Of a DNA stretch of 64,000 nt, positions 26,517 through 39,317 are shown piece after piece (the stretch's first letter is position 1; each line of letters opens with the position of its first letter). The position numbers were made by a program, and so were the translations under genes. The stretch is from a virus, in the IMG/VR virus record IMGVR_UViG_3300043411_001575, positions 1 through 64,000 of that record. One strand, written 5' to 3'. The notes below the pieces were generated by a model. It saw nothing but the letters and a program-made list of their open reading frames with translations, searched no databases and was not told the DNA's origin.

Positions 26517-26528
26517 CTATATTTAATC

Positions 26529-27269
26529 ATGAGTAAATTTAAAGCCAAAAGTAGTAATTCAAATAAAAAAAAGAAATATTATGTTTATCTGTTAATTAAT
26601 AGTTTAGATGATAAAATATTCTATGTTGGTAAAGGATGTGGCAGTAGAATATATGCGCATGTATCACAATCTAAATATGGTAAACATTATAATGAGCATT
26701 TATCAAGAAAAATAATTAAAATATTAGAAAATGGAGGAACTATCATATATAAGAAAATACATAAATCAAACAATGAAAATTATGTATATAAAAAAGAAAT
26801 AGAAATTATAAAAAAAATTGGTTTAGGTAATTTATGCAATAAAACACTTGGTGGAGAAGGTGCAAAAGGAATGAAGCATAGTGAAGAATATTGTAAAATA
26901 ATTTCTGAGAGACTTAAAAATAGAGTTTTATCAGATTACACTAAATTAAAAATAAGCGAAAATCATCATGATGTTTCGGGTAAAAACAATCCGATGTATA
27001 ACAGAAATCATACTGAAGAAACAAGAAGAAAAATATCTGAAACAAGAAAAAAAATGAAGCCAACGCAGGCTATGTTAGACGCTAGAAATAGACCTCAAAG
27101 TATTGGAAGCAAAAATCCTAATTCATTTTTAAATGAAAAAAAAGTATTGAAAATAAGAATGTTATTTAGTAATAATAAAAAGACAAGGAAAGAATTGCAG
27201 AAAATGTTTAATATAACTGAAGGTTGCTTAAATAAAGTATTATCAAGAAGGACATGGAAGCATATATAA
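26529..27269 (+). CDS. GIY-YIG homing-type endonuclease with NUMOD3 repeats
   Basis: YYVYLL...FYVGKG..R, GLGNLCN..GGEG, HSEE/HTEETRRKIS repeats. Confidence 0.85.
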   Translation: MSKFKAKSSNSNKKKKYYVYLLINSLDDKIFYVGKGCGSRIYAHVSQSKYGKHYNEHLSRKIIKILENGGTIIYKKIHKSNNENYVYKKEIEIIKKIGLGNLCNKTLGGEGAKGMKHSEEYCKIISERLKNRVLSDYTKLKISENHHDVSGKNNPMYNRNHTEETRRKISETRKKMKPTQAMLDARNRPQSIGSKNPNSFLNEKKVLKIRMLFSNNKKTRKELQKMFNITEGCLNKVLSRRTWKHI

Positions 27270-27270
27270 A

Positions 27271-27627
27271 ATGCACGAAAACAGAACTAAAATAATTGAT
27301 AAGGCTCTTAAGCTAAAAGAACTTGCTATACGTGGAGTAGACGGAGAGAAAGAAAATGCTCAACGCATGCTCGATGTATGGAAAGAAAAACATAGTATAA
27401 CAGATGAAGAACTTGAAAAGTCAACATTGTCAAAAAACAGTGAATACGCAGGCATGAATGTAGATGACTTCATGAAAGCTATGCAGGAAGATATTAGAGC
27501 AATAGGTTTTAGTATGTTGATTTTTGCGTTAGGTAAAATATTTAAAAATGAAAATGTTTCTAATCTTGGAAAAAATTTAGTAAGAGATATTGTTAAACAA
27601 CATAAAGAAAAAACTAAAAGTAAATAA
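27271..27627 (+). CDS. DUF2786-like protein
   Basis: KLKELAIRGVDGEKENAQRML motif. Confidence 0.6.
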   Translation: MHENRTKIIDKALKLKELAIRGVDGEKENAQRMLDVWKEKHSITDEELEKSTLSKNSEYAGMNVDDFMKAMQEDIRAIGFSMLIFALGKIFKNENVSNLGKNLVRDIVKQHKEKTKSK

Positions 27628-28646
27628 TTTTTTTCATGAGTGCAGATACAACAAAAGGATACATAACTAAACCTAAAAAAATAGAAGGTTATAAAATAGA
27701 AAGATACTATTGCGAATGTGGTTGTAAAAGTGGATATTGGCACTATGTTAAAATTAAAAAAAATAAAAGTAAATAATGGAACAAAGAAAAATTGGAGAAT
27801 GGAACGCTTTAGTAAGCTTTGATGAAGTAGAAGGATTGCATGTAATAACATTTGATGGGGAGGGTGGCGCATCAATATCATCTCCCGACTTAGAAGAGGC
27901 AGAACGTAAATTTATTGAAATGATGAATTTAGCTGTTATTTCTAATGATTTACTAAAAAATAATAGTAGGGAAAAGTTAGTTGAGCAATTAAATTCTTTA
28001 AGATTGCAACAATCAGAAGTTCGTGAAAAATTAGACAAATTAGATTATACTGAAAGAATTCAAGAAGCAAGTAAATTTATAGGTAAGTGCTTTATTGAAA
28101 AAGAACCTCACGATGAAACCTATGTAAATTGTTTATACGTTTACGGTGTTGATAAAGAAGATTGCCGTGAAGATGCACTTAGAATTTTATATTATAAAAA
28201 TGCACGAAATTATTTTCAAATAGACCATTATTACCAATTTGACAATAATGAAAAAGGTGAATATTCAGAAATAACAAAAGAAGAATTCATGAACCACTAC
28301 AATGAAGTTCAGAAAATAATATCAGATTCGATAAATAAAATTAATTAACAATGGCTACAGATAAAACAACAAGTGGTTATACTAAAAACATAAATGTATT
28401 TCAAGCAATTGAATTTGCAAATGGAGATGGAGCAAAAGAAGCTGCTTATCAAGCTGAAAGACAATTCATGGAAGATGATTTTGACAAAAAAGAAATAAAC
28501 GAAGAACTTGGTATTGAAGATGATGGTTTTTCCGAAATGTACTATAAGGACGATGATGGTTATTGGAGAATAACAGGCAAAGATAAAAAGTGGGATACTT
28601 ATGAAGAAATGTGCGTTGAAAATAACATTGATTAAAAATTAACAAA

Positions 28647-28889
28647 ATGATAGATAAAATAATAGATGCCTATTCCGATGAAACATTTTTAAAAGCAGAT
28701 GGTTTTGATGAAGCCATTATCGGAGTTGATGAAACTACAATGCGACTGATATACTCAGTTTCTAAATGCATTCAAATACTTATGAAGGAGATGTCTGAGG
28801 AAGATGCTTTGGAACACTTTAGTTATAATGTAAGCGGTGATTATGTAGGAGATAAAACTCCAATATGGTGTCAAGATAATTTTGAATAA
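28647..28889 (+). CDS. conserved phage hypothetical protein
   Basis: ADGFDEAIIGV...YNVSGDYVGDKTPIW, a pattern common in phages. Confidence 0.6.
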   Translation: MIDKIIDAYSDETFLKADGFDEAIIGVDETTMRLIYSVSKCIQILMKEMSEEDALEHFSYNVSGDYVGDKTPIWCQDNFE

Positions 28890-29391
28890 AAATAATGAAT
28901 CATTAATTAAATATATTAAAAAAAGAATGGATTTAATAGAAACACCAATTATTACAGGAGATTTTAAACCAAAGTTCTATTGGACAGGCAATCTTCATGA
29001 AGACGCTAAACGCATCAATGCTCCTCACATTAAGAAAGAAGGAGTTCAAGAAGATAGGATAGCTGAAACTATTGATATAATGAATGAAATTGATTCATTT
29101 CAAGAGTTTACATTAACCGATGCTTTCAATATTCAGAATAGACTTCTTTCAGTTAATAACTATAAAGGAATTAAATCAGGCTTTAGAACACACAATGTTA
29201 AATTTTCAGACACACCTAAATTCGAAGATGCTCCTGAATTGACAAATAGAATGTTCCCTGTAAAAGTTATGCCGAAGGAACAGCTTTTAGAATGGTATAG
29301 GCAGATTCAATTGATTCATCCATTAAGTGATTTAAATGGAAGAGTATTTGGAATTATAGTAGCAATTTTAAATAAAAACAATTCAAAGTAA
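28882..29391 (+). CDS. short Fic/Doc-like protein
   Basis: GFRTHNV and IHPLSDLNGRVFG, a degenerate Fic motif at the C-terminus. Confidence 0.7.
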   Translation: MNKNNESLIKYIKKRMDLIETPIITGDFKPKFYWTGNLHEDAKRINAPHIKKEGVQEDRIAETIDIMNEIDSFQEFTLTDAFNIQNRLLSVNNYKGIKSGFRTHNVKFSDTPKFEDAPELTNRMFPVKVMPKEQLLEWYRQIQLIHPLSDLNGRVFGIIVAILNKNNSK

Positions 29392-31578
29392 TGGATGTTA
29401 ACTTGCAAGAAATGTTAGAATTAATTGAAAGTAATAAAAAAGAATTATCTTCACTTAAACTAAAAATATTAGAGATTGACAAGAAAATGGACTTCATGAA
29501 AAAAGATGAACTATTAATTTGCAGTCAAACAATTAGTTATTACAAACCAAATTATATTGGCAACTTAAATAACTCAATCGATTCATTAAAATTTATTTCA
29601 ACATTACTTAAGAATACAATAAAATGATTGAATCTTATCAAATAGCTAGAATGCGAAAAGGAAACCACGAGTACATTCATTTGAGTGGATTCGGTGGTAT
29701 CATGTTAACCATTTCAAATTTAAGCAATAAAACAGAGATAGTTGATTTACTTGGTAATCCTAAAAAGAAAAAAAAGATTGATTCAGATAAGATTATAATT
29801 AGCAATAATACTCCAAATTATCACGAAGATGATAATAATTTAACGATGTTAAAAAACTATATAACTTCAGTTGGATATATTGAAATTGTTTTATTTAGAT
29901 TACTTTCTGAAAACCCATCTCAAACTCAACAATTATTTAAAATAAATGATTTTGATAAAGAAGGTGTTGAATATGAAGAATTAGTATTGGGAAGTCCAAA
30001 CCCTTATGCTTTTCAATCAGGCATTGTTGATATTAAAAAAACAAAAAGAGTTGAATCAGAAACTTACTTTTCATTTACAATTTTGGCAAATACAACAATG
30101 AATGTAAATATGTTCTGTGGAAGAAACAGAGGTGATGTACAAGCTAAGGTTAAATCATTCTATGATGAAATGCAAGATAATATAACTGACTGCCAACATT
30201 TTGTTCCTTCAATGGAGAAAGGTAAGAAAAGAATATTAATGCTTAAAAAGTAAAACAAACAAAAATGAAATTTGTAAAAGCAGATGACCAAGAAGAAAAA
30301 AGTATGTTTCAGCGTATTGTTAGCGAAGATGGCACGATTGAAATTGGAATACATCCTGTAATGTTTGGTTTCAGGGTCGTTGGTGGCTACACAAAATCGC
30401 AATGGTACGAAATCGATTGGTGCGGAGGTTCTGACCAAAGCCAAGTAGAATTATTGTATTCTATCGCTAAAAACATTTTAGAAAACAAGGGAACGTTTGA
30501 AGGTTTACCAAATTGCAGTAGAGTCAAACCATTTTATAACGACAGAGAGTTTGTGGATTACGTTAATTCTTTAGTAACAAAACCTATTGAATTAGTTGAA
30601 CTTATGCCGTTGCATTTAGACAAAAAGAAATTATTAAAAAACTTATTTAGATAATGGCAAAAAAGGATAAAAAAACAGAACATTTTGAAGAACTTATTAA
30701 TCAGATTGAAGACCAATATCCTTCTTGGGATAAGTGGGGTAATACCATCTTAATTAAGGATTTTAATTCAAATGAGAAAATTAAATTATCTACTATTAAA
30801 TTATTATGTGACTCAATAAATAAAGCTACTAAAAACGACAGAATTTATAACATAAATTCATATAAAGATGTTGCTAAAAAACATAATTTCAGTAAAGACA
30901 AATCTCATTCTTTTTTTGTTGACTTAACAAGTAGTGGATGGAAATATGAAGGTGTAAATAATGACGTTACTATGTCAAAGGTTTTCTTCTCAATATCAAG
31001 AAGCAAACATAGAACCTTATTTGTTTTTATAAACAAGGAAACGGAAAGCTTTTTTCAAAGAGCTGCTGAAGTCAACTGTGATGTTGAAATAACTTTTAAT
31101 TTAGCAGGGATACCTCAGTTAACGTATAGTAATTATTGTAATTCATTTAATGAAAAAAGATTAAAAAGAAATTATCTATCTTCTAGGGAGGTTCTATGGA
31201 GGTATTTACATGATAAATACTCTATTTTTAATGATAAGCCAATTCAAATTAAAAAGAATGCTTTTCCTAACTTTAAAGGCACTAGAATTGGTTTTTACGA
31301 AGGTTTTGATTTACCTACATTCATGAATCATGCAAGGATACACACTTGCTCTTTTGGTAAAGAAAAATATGTTTTGTGTGATGATGAATTTGAAATTTAT
31401 AAAGAGAAGACTAAAAACAAACAAGGTAAAACAGTTCACTTTGTTGACGTAAAATGTCCCGATTGTAATCACATTGGAGTATATGACATGAGATTCTTAG
31501 TTTGGAAGTTGAATTGTGAAAAATGTAAAAGCACAATAACCACAGAAGATAGAGTTAAGAAAACAAAATTTAAAGAAA

Positions 31579-32262
31579 GTGATTTTAGATAACATGGAAA
31601 AGGAAACAAACGAAATAAACAAGGAAAAGTTAAAATCCAAAGCTAAGAAGCTAAAGGCACTTGCAGATAAAGGTATTGGTGGAGAAAAAGAAACTGCTGC
31701 CAAGATGTACAAGGAGTTTATGGAAAAACATGGTCTTAATGATGGAGATGTTGACCCATCTGCTAACAATCGTAAATTCAAAGTTAAGACTGAAGATGAT
31801 GCTTTTATTTTAACTAATGTTATTCTTAGTGTTAATCCATTTACTAAGGTTGTAAATAATCCAACTATTATAGAGGCAGAGTTAGATTTAGAAGATTTTA
31901 ATGAAGTAAAAGAAAAGTTTAGGTACTTCATCAAATTATACCGAGTTGAGAAAGAGTTATTAAATATGGCTTTCTTTTCAAAACACAATGACTTCTTTAC
32001 TCCTGATGAACACGCTAAAAGCAAATGGAGAGATAGTAACAAAGAAAATGAAGAGTTAAAAAAAGCTCGTGAAAGAGCAGAAAAATTAAGTAAAACCAAA
32101 GATGAAACAGTAAAAAACTCTACATCTATGGAAGATTTAGAAAAGTTGAAAAAAAACGAGCAAATTCAAAGGTTAAATCAAGCTAGATTTGCTAAATTAG
32201 CAGCTATATTACTAGAAGGTAAATACGTTAGGACTTACCAAACAATTGACAAAGAAAAATAA
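31579..32262 (+). CDS. DUF2786-like protein
   Basis: KLKALADKGIGGEKETAAKMYKEFMEKHGL motif. Confidence 0.65.
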   Translation: MILDNMEKETNEINKEKLKSKAKKLKALADKGIGGEKETAAKMYKEFMEKHGLNDGDVDPSANNRKFKVKTEDDAFILTNVILSVNPFTKVVNNPTIIEAELDLEDFNEVKEKFRYFIKLYRVEKELLNMAFFSKHNDFFTPDEHAKSKWRDSNKENEELKKARERAEKLSKTKDETVKNSTSMEDLEKLKKNEQIQRLNQARFAKLAAILLEGKYVRTYQTIDKEK

Positions 32263-34256
32263 TTTATGCAAGACAATTTAAACTATACCAAAATTAAAGA
32301 AAGATTCCCTTTAGCATTTGAAAAATTAGAATCGGTTGGTAAAGATAAACATGGAGATGTAAATCTAAAAGTTCGTGACAATGGAACTTTGCAATTTATT
32401 GATATAGAAGGATACATATCTGAAAACTATCGTTGGCATGAGAGAATGCTTTTTGATTTTTTTGATGAGTTTCAAATTTCAGTTGAGATACAACCTTCGT
32501 TTGATAGTAAGGTTAGATTTGCTCATGTTGTTTCGTATATGAATGATAGTTGTGACAAAATAATTTTTAAATCAGAAGGAGTTTGGACTCATAGAGAAAC
32601 AGCGGAAAAAGAAGCTTTTGAAGCTGCGTTCAAGTGTTTAAATATACTTTTGGAAAGAGGGAAATTCAAAGACTTAAAATTAAATAAATTAATATAAGAA
32701 AAGTCCATGACTAAAGAAGAAAAAATTTGGAATGATGCATGCAAGGCAACATTAAAGTCAATATCAGAAGTGTTTCAGGATGAAAAATACTTAGCTAAAG
32801 TTCCTAGAGAACTTGATAGCGTTGTAATAAAAGCTGTTGGCAAACAAATAATTAACTTTCCGATTCCTGAATACAAAACTAAAAAAACTAAAACGAAAAA
32901 ATGAGTAAAGATGTAATTTTAATATGTGCTTTAATTTGGAGTATTTTGTATCCAATCGCAGCTACTCTTAACGAGACTATGAATTCTTATAGAAGAGTTA
33001 AAATTGAAGGAAAAGAACCGTATTCCGATGAGATTCATGGTACATCTCAGATTATTAATATTGTTTTATATTTATTAGGATTATCTTTATTTATTTACCT
33101 GTTAAATTTGAAATAATGAATAATACTCACTCAGCTTTTATTTCAGGTGAAATTAATGGAAGTAAATTCACTGCCTTTGTAGATGGTATTCCTGATAAGT
33201 GCGAACATGATGATAATGGAGAAATTCTTTCATTTAATGATTTAGGGCAATATTTTAAAGATAGTGAAATGCCTAATCCCAAAACTGATTATGATGCTTG
33301 GGTGGAATTTCAAGAAAAACATAAAATTAATGGAGGATGTGTTTCATGCTCTAAATGCGGAAAACCTTTTGAACCTGACTTTTTTAATATGCCATGAGTA
33401 GAATATCAGAAACATTGGATGCCGACTTAAATGCTTTAGAAATATATCTTAAATTAGGTTACACTAAAAAGGAATATAAAATGGCTTTTGAAAATATTTT
33501 TAAGACAACTCCTGCTATTGTAAATAGAGAAAAAGGAACTATTGAAATATCAAAAAGTGTTTTTTTAAATAAAGAAACTAATAACTTTATACCTATAATA
33601 ACGGAGCATGAAATAGAGCATTTTGACTTTCACGTAAGAAATAAAAAATTAAGGAGAAAACTTAGTGGGAAAAGAGTACAGGAATTTATTGATTACCTTG
33701 AAAAAAGCACTCCGAAAATGGATGAAGTTTTTAATAAATTTCGGGCAAAAATTGAAAACAAAAACATATACTACGACTTTAAATTCAATTACTATATTGA
33801 TAGGTACAAGAAAATATTTTGGTTTAAATTATTAATAAATAAGTTAAAAAATAAAGCATGTTCAATTTTCTCAAGAAAAAAATAAAAGTAAATAATCCTG
33901 ATAATAAATCAGTTTCAGGTGTAGGCTCTTATAATCAATTTTTAATTGATAGAGATTCATTTCGTTCTAAATTAGCTCAAAAAATTCAAGATGATAAAAT
34001 ATCTATTGACATAATAAAAGAAGCTAACAGGTGTTTTCAGGAATGGTTAAATACACCAACTACAAGAATAGCAGGGAAGGATTTGAGACTTTGGATAATT
34101 GTACCTAGAAACATTTATCCTGTGTATTATATACATGATTATGAATCTGCTAAATTTAGAAAAACAGGTATAAGTAAATTAATAAGTGAAGAGTTTCATA
34201 AGCTTATGATTAAACATGAAGAAAAACAATTAATAAACAAATAAAAAAAAGAAAAC

Positions 34257-34703
34257 ATGAGAAGAATGACAGCAACAGGCAACATCGTAAAAGATGCTGA
34301 AGTAAAGAATGTAAATGGAAGCAACGTAATTCAATTTACAGTTTGCGTAAACGAAAAATTCAACGATAAACAAGGTAACAAGCAAGAGAACGCTTACTAC
34401 TATGATTGTTCTATTTGGCGTGATGACACAAATGTATCAAAGTACATGAAAAAAGGAGTAAAAATGCTTGTAGAAGGTACTCCCGAAGTAAATCAATGGA
34501 CTGATAAAGACGGAAAGCCAAGAGCAGGAATTAGAATACGTGTTTCTATGTGGGAATTTTTGAGTAGTTCAAATAACAATAATACTCAAGCAGCAGCAAC
34601 AACTACTAATGCACAATCTAGTAATGGTAATTCAGGAATGCAGCAAAACACAGGGTTTACAAATCAAGGTTCTGCACAAGACGGAAGCGATATGCCGTTT
34701 TAA
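34257..34703 (+). CDS. ssb: single-stranded DNA-binding protein
   Basis: OB-fold (GNIVKDAE...FTVCVNE...KKG..VEG), low-complexity linker, C-terminal DMPF. Confidence 0.93.
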   Translation: MRRMTATGNIVKDAEVKNVNGSNVIQFTVCVNEKFNDKQGNKQENAYYYDCSIWRDDTNVSKYMKKGVKMLVEGTPEVNQWTDKDGKPRAGIRIRVSMWEFLSSSNNNNTQAAATTTNAQSSNGNSGMQQNTGFTNQGSAQDGSDMPF

Positions 34704-34757
34704 AATGGTAGCGTTAAAATAAAACTACCTTTCTAAAAATAAATTAAATTAAAAAAA

Positions 34758-35231
34758 ATGGAAGCAACACACAAAAACATAAAATACAAATTATTTTGGA
34801 ATGGCTTATTTAGCAATTGGCACGAGTGCTACTTCACTGATAACAACATAATGTTTAATTGTGGTGAGCAATACATGATGTATCAAAAAGCAATTACATT
34901 CGGGGACAATGAAACGGCAAATAAAATACTAAAAGAACTATCTCCTAGAAAACAGAAAGAACTTGGGAGACAAGTGAAAAATTTCAATCCTAAAGTTTGG
35001 GACTCTTTAAAGTATATCATAGTTAAAAATGGATTAACCGAAAAGTTCAATCAAAATCCTGAATTTAAAGATTATCTTTTAAAATATAAAGGATATGTTT
35101 TAGTAGAGGCATCTCCTTATGATAGAATTTGGGGCATTGGTTTTTATGACTATGAAGCTATTCAAAACATAGATAATTGGGGAGAAAACTTACTTGGTAA
35201 AATACTAACTGAATTAGCAATGGAATTATGA
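34758..35231 (+). CDS. NADAR (YbiA-like) family protein
   Basis: FSNW, EQYMMYQKA, QKELGRQVKNF, KFNQNP, LVEASPYDRIWGIG, GENLLGKIL. Confidence 0.93.
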   Translation: MEATHKNIKYKLFWNGLFSNWHECYFTDNNIMFNCGEQYMMYQKAITFGDNETANKILKELSPRKQKELGRQVKNFNPKVWDSLKYIIVKNGLTEKFNQNPEFKDYLLKYKGYVLVEASPYDRIWGIGFYDYEAIQNIDNWGENLLGKILTELAMEL

Positions 35232-35666
35232 TTACAAAAATCTTAAAAAATATAACTAAGTTTTTAGATAAAGTAAATCAATGGTTTGATGAGCAACAGA
35301 AATGCGAAATAATGAATGTTGAATATAATTTGGAGACAGATTATATTCACTGCATAGGTTGGGATGGTAAAATTATTTATCCTTTTTGTGGCAAATTTTC
35401 TTTGGAACTTTGGAGCGAGATTACCAAGTGGTCTCGCTTAACCAAGTTTCCATACACATTGATTTATATCTATGCAGGAAATGATAGAAAACACTTGGCT
35501 TATAGAGAACCGATTGAAGATTATTTAAAAGATGTAAGCCTTTTAAAAACAGGAAATGGTTATCATTATGGTAGCGAAAAAGTCTATAAACACAACTTAA
35601 TGTAACTATTTTTATCATTGTTAATAAGTTTATTACTATTTTGTTGCATAGTAAAAACAGAGTTGT

Positions 35667-35692
35667 TATTTTTGCAACAATACGGTCAAATA
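35667..35692 (+). promoter_or_regulatory. promoter plus GGTCAAATA motif
   Basis: TATTTTTG at 35667-35674, GGTCAAATA at 35684-35692. Confidence 0.55.
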
Positions 35693-36117
35693 TTTTATTA
35701 ATGGAGCATTCAAAAACATTTTTATTTCAATGGAAATAGCTATTCTTAAAAAAATAAGGGAGAAGCTACGCATTGATTTTCCTGATGAATGGATTGAAAA
35801 TTCTGAGATTAAGTTTTTGGAATATAAAGGCGGTCAGTATGTTTTAGTTTCAGAAAAGATTGTCCATATATATTACAAAATAAAGAGTGATGACCAATTT
35901 GAACAAGGTTACATAATAGCGGAACAAACAGATATTCCTGATGAACTGAAAGCTTTATTTTTAGAAGCTAGTAACGTTTTTGAAGAGAAAGAATTCGACC
36001 CATTAGAAGTTCCATGCAGAAGGTCATTTTTATACGAAGATATGGTTGATAGAGGCGAGTTATTAGGAGATGAACTTTTAGAAAAACACGGATTATCAAA
36101 AAAGCAAAAATAAGAAA

Positions 36118-36843
36118 ATGAACTACAAGTTAATACATAACCAAGAGGAACTACAAAAGTTTGTTGACTTCCTACCTGAGCTTAATCCAAATGAAGGTTA
36201 CTTTATTATTCTTATTGCTCGTAAAAAATGGTTTCCTGAAAGTGGAATAGCTTCTGCGCATAAATTAAGAAGAGAAACTGTTGGCAGAAAAGATAAGATT
36301 ATCCCTACTATTAAACAATGGGAAATTGAAGAAAGTGGCTATGATAGTAATGGCACTCCTATTGATATTAAAAACTTAGGTGTTTATATTGGATTTAACC
36401 CTAAGAATCAACACAAAGCTTGTTTTGAGTTAATCAATCAATGCCTAGAGGCTATTAAGTCAAATAAAGAAAATATCAATGTTAAGTCAATGGCTAACGA
36501 TGTTATTCAAGGCTCTAATGGAACTAAAAACTTTATTGATGTAGACGTTGATATTAAAGAAGATGAAAATTACTTAGATATTGTTTCCTACATCAAAGAT
36601 TTGATTAATCCTAGCAGACTAACTTTTATCAAAACAAATGGAGGATTTCATGCCCTTATCAATTTAATTAAATGTGAAGGAGAAGGTAGAATGATGGAGC
36701 TATCTCCTAATCATGGGAATCAATGGTATCAAAAATTACAAAATCATCCTTTTAAAAGTGAATTAAATATCATGAGTAATGACTTAGTTCCTGTTGTAGG
36801 ATGCAATCAGGGTAAGTATATTCCGCATTTTTTAAACGATTAA
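36118..36843 (+). CDS. hypothetical protein, possible AEP/primase-like fold
   Basis: FIDVDVD and TNGGFH motifs resemble AEP motifs I and II. Confidence 0.45.
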   Translation: MNYKLIHNQEELQKFVDFLPELNPNEGYFIILIARKKWFPESGIASAHKLRRETVGRKDKIIPTIKQWEIEESGYDSNGTPIDIKNLGVYIGFNPKNQHKACFELINQCLEAIKSNKENINVKSMANDVIQGSNGTKNFIDVDVDIKEDENYLDIVSYIKDLINPSRLTFIKTNGGFHALINLIKCEGEGRMMELSPNHGNQWYQKLQNHPFKSELNIMSNDLVPVVGCNQGKYIPHFLND

Positions 36844-36853
36844 AACAAATAAA

Positions 36854-37549
36854 ATGGAACAGAATTTAGATTTTTTAGAATTTCCAAAGATGGCTAGACT
36901 GTCGAGAGAAATGATTATTACAGAAAAAATAGATGGTACTAATTCTCAAATTTTCATTTGGGATGAAGAAAAAGATATTAAGATGCTAGATGGTACTATA
37001 CAAAAAAAAGGTAAAAGACCTGACAATATTCCTTTTATATACTCAGATGGTAATTTTCATATTGCAACAGGTAGTAGAACCCGTTGGATTACACCAAAGG
37101 ATGACAATTATGGTTTTTCAAAATGGGTATTTGAAAATTCAGGAAAATTAATTGAACTAAATGACGGGAGACATTTTGGTGAATGGTGGGGAAGCGGTGT
37201 ACAAAGAGGATACGGATTACAGAAAGGCGATAAAAGATTTTCACTATTTAATGTTAGTAGATGGGCATTGCATGGAACACAGCCTAAATTAATTCCAAAT
37301 TCTGACCCAACAATTGAAAAGTTTCAGGATGTACTCCCTGAAATTTGTTCACTCGTTCCTGAACTTTATAGAGGTCAATTTGATACTCAAAAGATTAATG
37401 AAGTGTTAGAAGACTTGAAGATTAATGGTAGTTATGCTTCAAAAGGGTTTATGAAGCCTGAAGGAATTATAACGTTCCATGTTGCTGCAAACATTGGATT
37501 TAAAAAGACTATTGAAAAAGATGAAATACCTAAATCATTAGTCAGATAA
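36854..37549 (+). CDS. ATP-dependent RNA ligase (Rnl2-like adenylation domain)
   Basis: TEKIDGTN (motif I), SRTR, FGEWWG (III), FSLFN (IIIa), EGII (IV), FKK (V). Confidence 0.85.
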   Translation: MEQNLDFLEFPKMARLSREMIITEKIDGTNSQIFIWDEEKDIKMLDGTIQKKGKRPDNIPFIYSDGNFHIATGSRTRWITPKDDNYGFSKWVFENSGKLIELNDGRHFGEWWGSGVQRGYGLQKGDKRFSLFNVSRWALHGTQPKLIPNSDPTIEKFQDVLPEICSLVPELYRGQFDTQKINEVLEDLKINGSYASKGFMKPEGIITFHVAANIGFKKTIEKDEIPKSLVR

Positions 37550-38547
37550 ATGAGTTTATTTGAAAAACATAAATCAATAATTGAAGGAAACGTACCTTTT
37601 GGAGTTGTTATTGAGAACAACACCAACAAGGATGCTTATGTTGATTTTTTTGGTGTAGAAGATACTTATGGGTCTTATAGATGGAATAATGAAAGGGAAT
37701 ACAATTCTCATGGAATAAAAGTTTATCCACTGTATAGAGATATGTATCTTTCAGATATGACAATGTTAATGAATTACATATCATCGAAGGGAGCTATTTT
37801 AGTTGATGTAACTAAATTTCAATCATCAACATCTTTTAATTTAGAAAAAAAATATAGTATTAATATTAGAAAACATGACGCATCAGGATTTATACATACT
37901 CTTCCTATGGAAATAGAGAGTAATGAAGATGGCTCATTGTATACTAAAAAACTTAATAAAAAAATTTTAATTGATATGCACACTTCATTTGGAATGACTA
38001 TCGATAAGTATACAGATATGATTATAAAATTTTATCCGCATAAAATGGAAGAAGTATTTTTTAGTAGTAGTTTTTACAATAATATTAAAAACGAAGATAT
38101 AGAAAAACTAAACAAAGAAAAGAGAAAAAGAATTCGAATAATAATTTAAAAATAACAAACCAAAAAAAACAGCAAAATGTCAAAAACAGCAACAAAAAAA
38201 GCAAAAGGAAACGAGTTAACAACTATAGTTGATTTAAACCGTATCCAAAATTTATCTTTCGATAACATCTACAACATGGATGAGAAAGAATTATCAAAAC
38301 AAAACTCATATAACCAAAAGAAGATTGGTAAAATGGGGCAGTTGAAAGCGAAAATTATTGATATGCAAAACAGAATTGCAAAATGTGAGCAGCAATTCAC
38401 TGTTTCTTTAACTGACCCTACAATGGACAGTGTTGAATTGCGTATTCAAATTGAATGCTACCAAAAAGAAAAGGAAGTTGCAACTACCTTACTTAAATCT
38501 TTATTTCCTGAAGAATTTGCTTAACTATTAAAATAATTAGTTATAAA

Positions 38548-38595
38548 AAAAATAACGTAAATAATTTTGTAAATAACATTATTTACGTTATTTTT
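38548..38595. repeat. perfect 18-bp inverted repeat (hairpin/terminator-like)
   Basis: AAAAATAACGTAAATAAT (38548-38565) and ATTATTTACGTTATTTTT (38578-38595). Confidence 0.7.
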
Positions 38596-38621
38596 ACAAT
38601 CAGTAAATAAAACTAAAAAAA

Positions 38622-39317
38622 ATGCTGATATATAAAATAACAAATAAAATAAATGGTAAAATATACATTGGATTAACTTCAAAAAAAGATATTACTAATT
38701 ATTGGGGGAGTGGAAAAATAATTATGAAATCCATAAAAAAATATGGAATACATAATTTTACAAAGGAAATTTTAGAATTTTGTGATTCTCAAGAAAAATT
38801 AAACGAAAGAGAAATACATTGGATAGATAAATTAAAGAAGGATGGGTATTCTCTTTATAACATTTCAAATGGTGGAAATGGAGGTAATCTTGGGGAAGAG
38901 GTTAATAAACTAATAAGCGATGCTGTTAAAGGAGAAAAGCATCGATTGTTTGGTAAACAAAATCTTAGCAGAAAAGGTAAAGGAGCTTGGAATAAAGGTA
39001 AAAAGAATGTTTACTCAGATGAAACTATAAATAAAATGAAAAAACCAAAAACAGAAGAGCATAGAAAAGCTCTTTCAGTTTCACATTCAGGAAAAATAAT
39101 ATCCGAAGAGCATAAAAAATCTCTTTCAATAGCTTTTTCAGGTGAAAAAAATCCAAGATGTAAAAAAATTGAAGTAGAAACAATATTTGGCGAAAAAATT
39201 AATTTTGAATTTATTTCTCAATTTTTAAATGAACATAAAATTTCTTGGTATTTATTTAGAAATTTAGAAAAAGGGAAAATAGTTAAAATTTTTAAGTCTG
39301 TAAAATATTTAAAATGA
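38622..39317 (+). CDS. GIY-YIG homing endonuclease (Seg-like) with NUMOD3 repeats
   Basis: IYKITNKINGKIYIG, YWGSG, REIHWI, YN..GGNGG; SEEHKKSLS repeats. Confidence 0.9.
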   Translation: MLIYKITNKINGKIYIGLTSKKDITNYWGSGKIIMKSIKKYGIHNFTKEILEFCDSQEKLNEREIHWIDKLKKDGYSLYNISNGGNGGNLGEEVNKLISDAVKGEKHRLFGKQNLSRKGKGAWNKGKKNVYSDETINKMKKPKTEEHRKALSVSHSGKIISEEHKKSLSIAFSGEKNPRCKKIEVETIFGEKINFEFISQFLNEHKISWYLFRNLEKGKIVKIFKSVKYLK

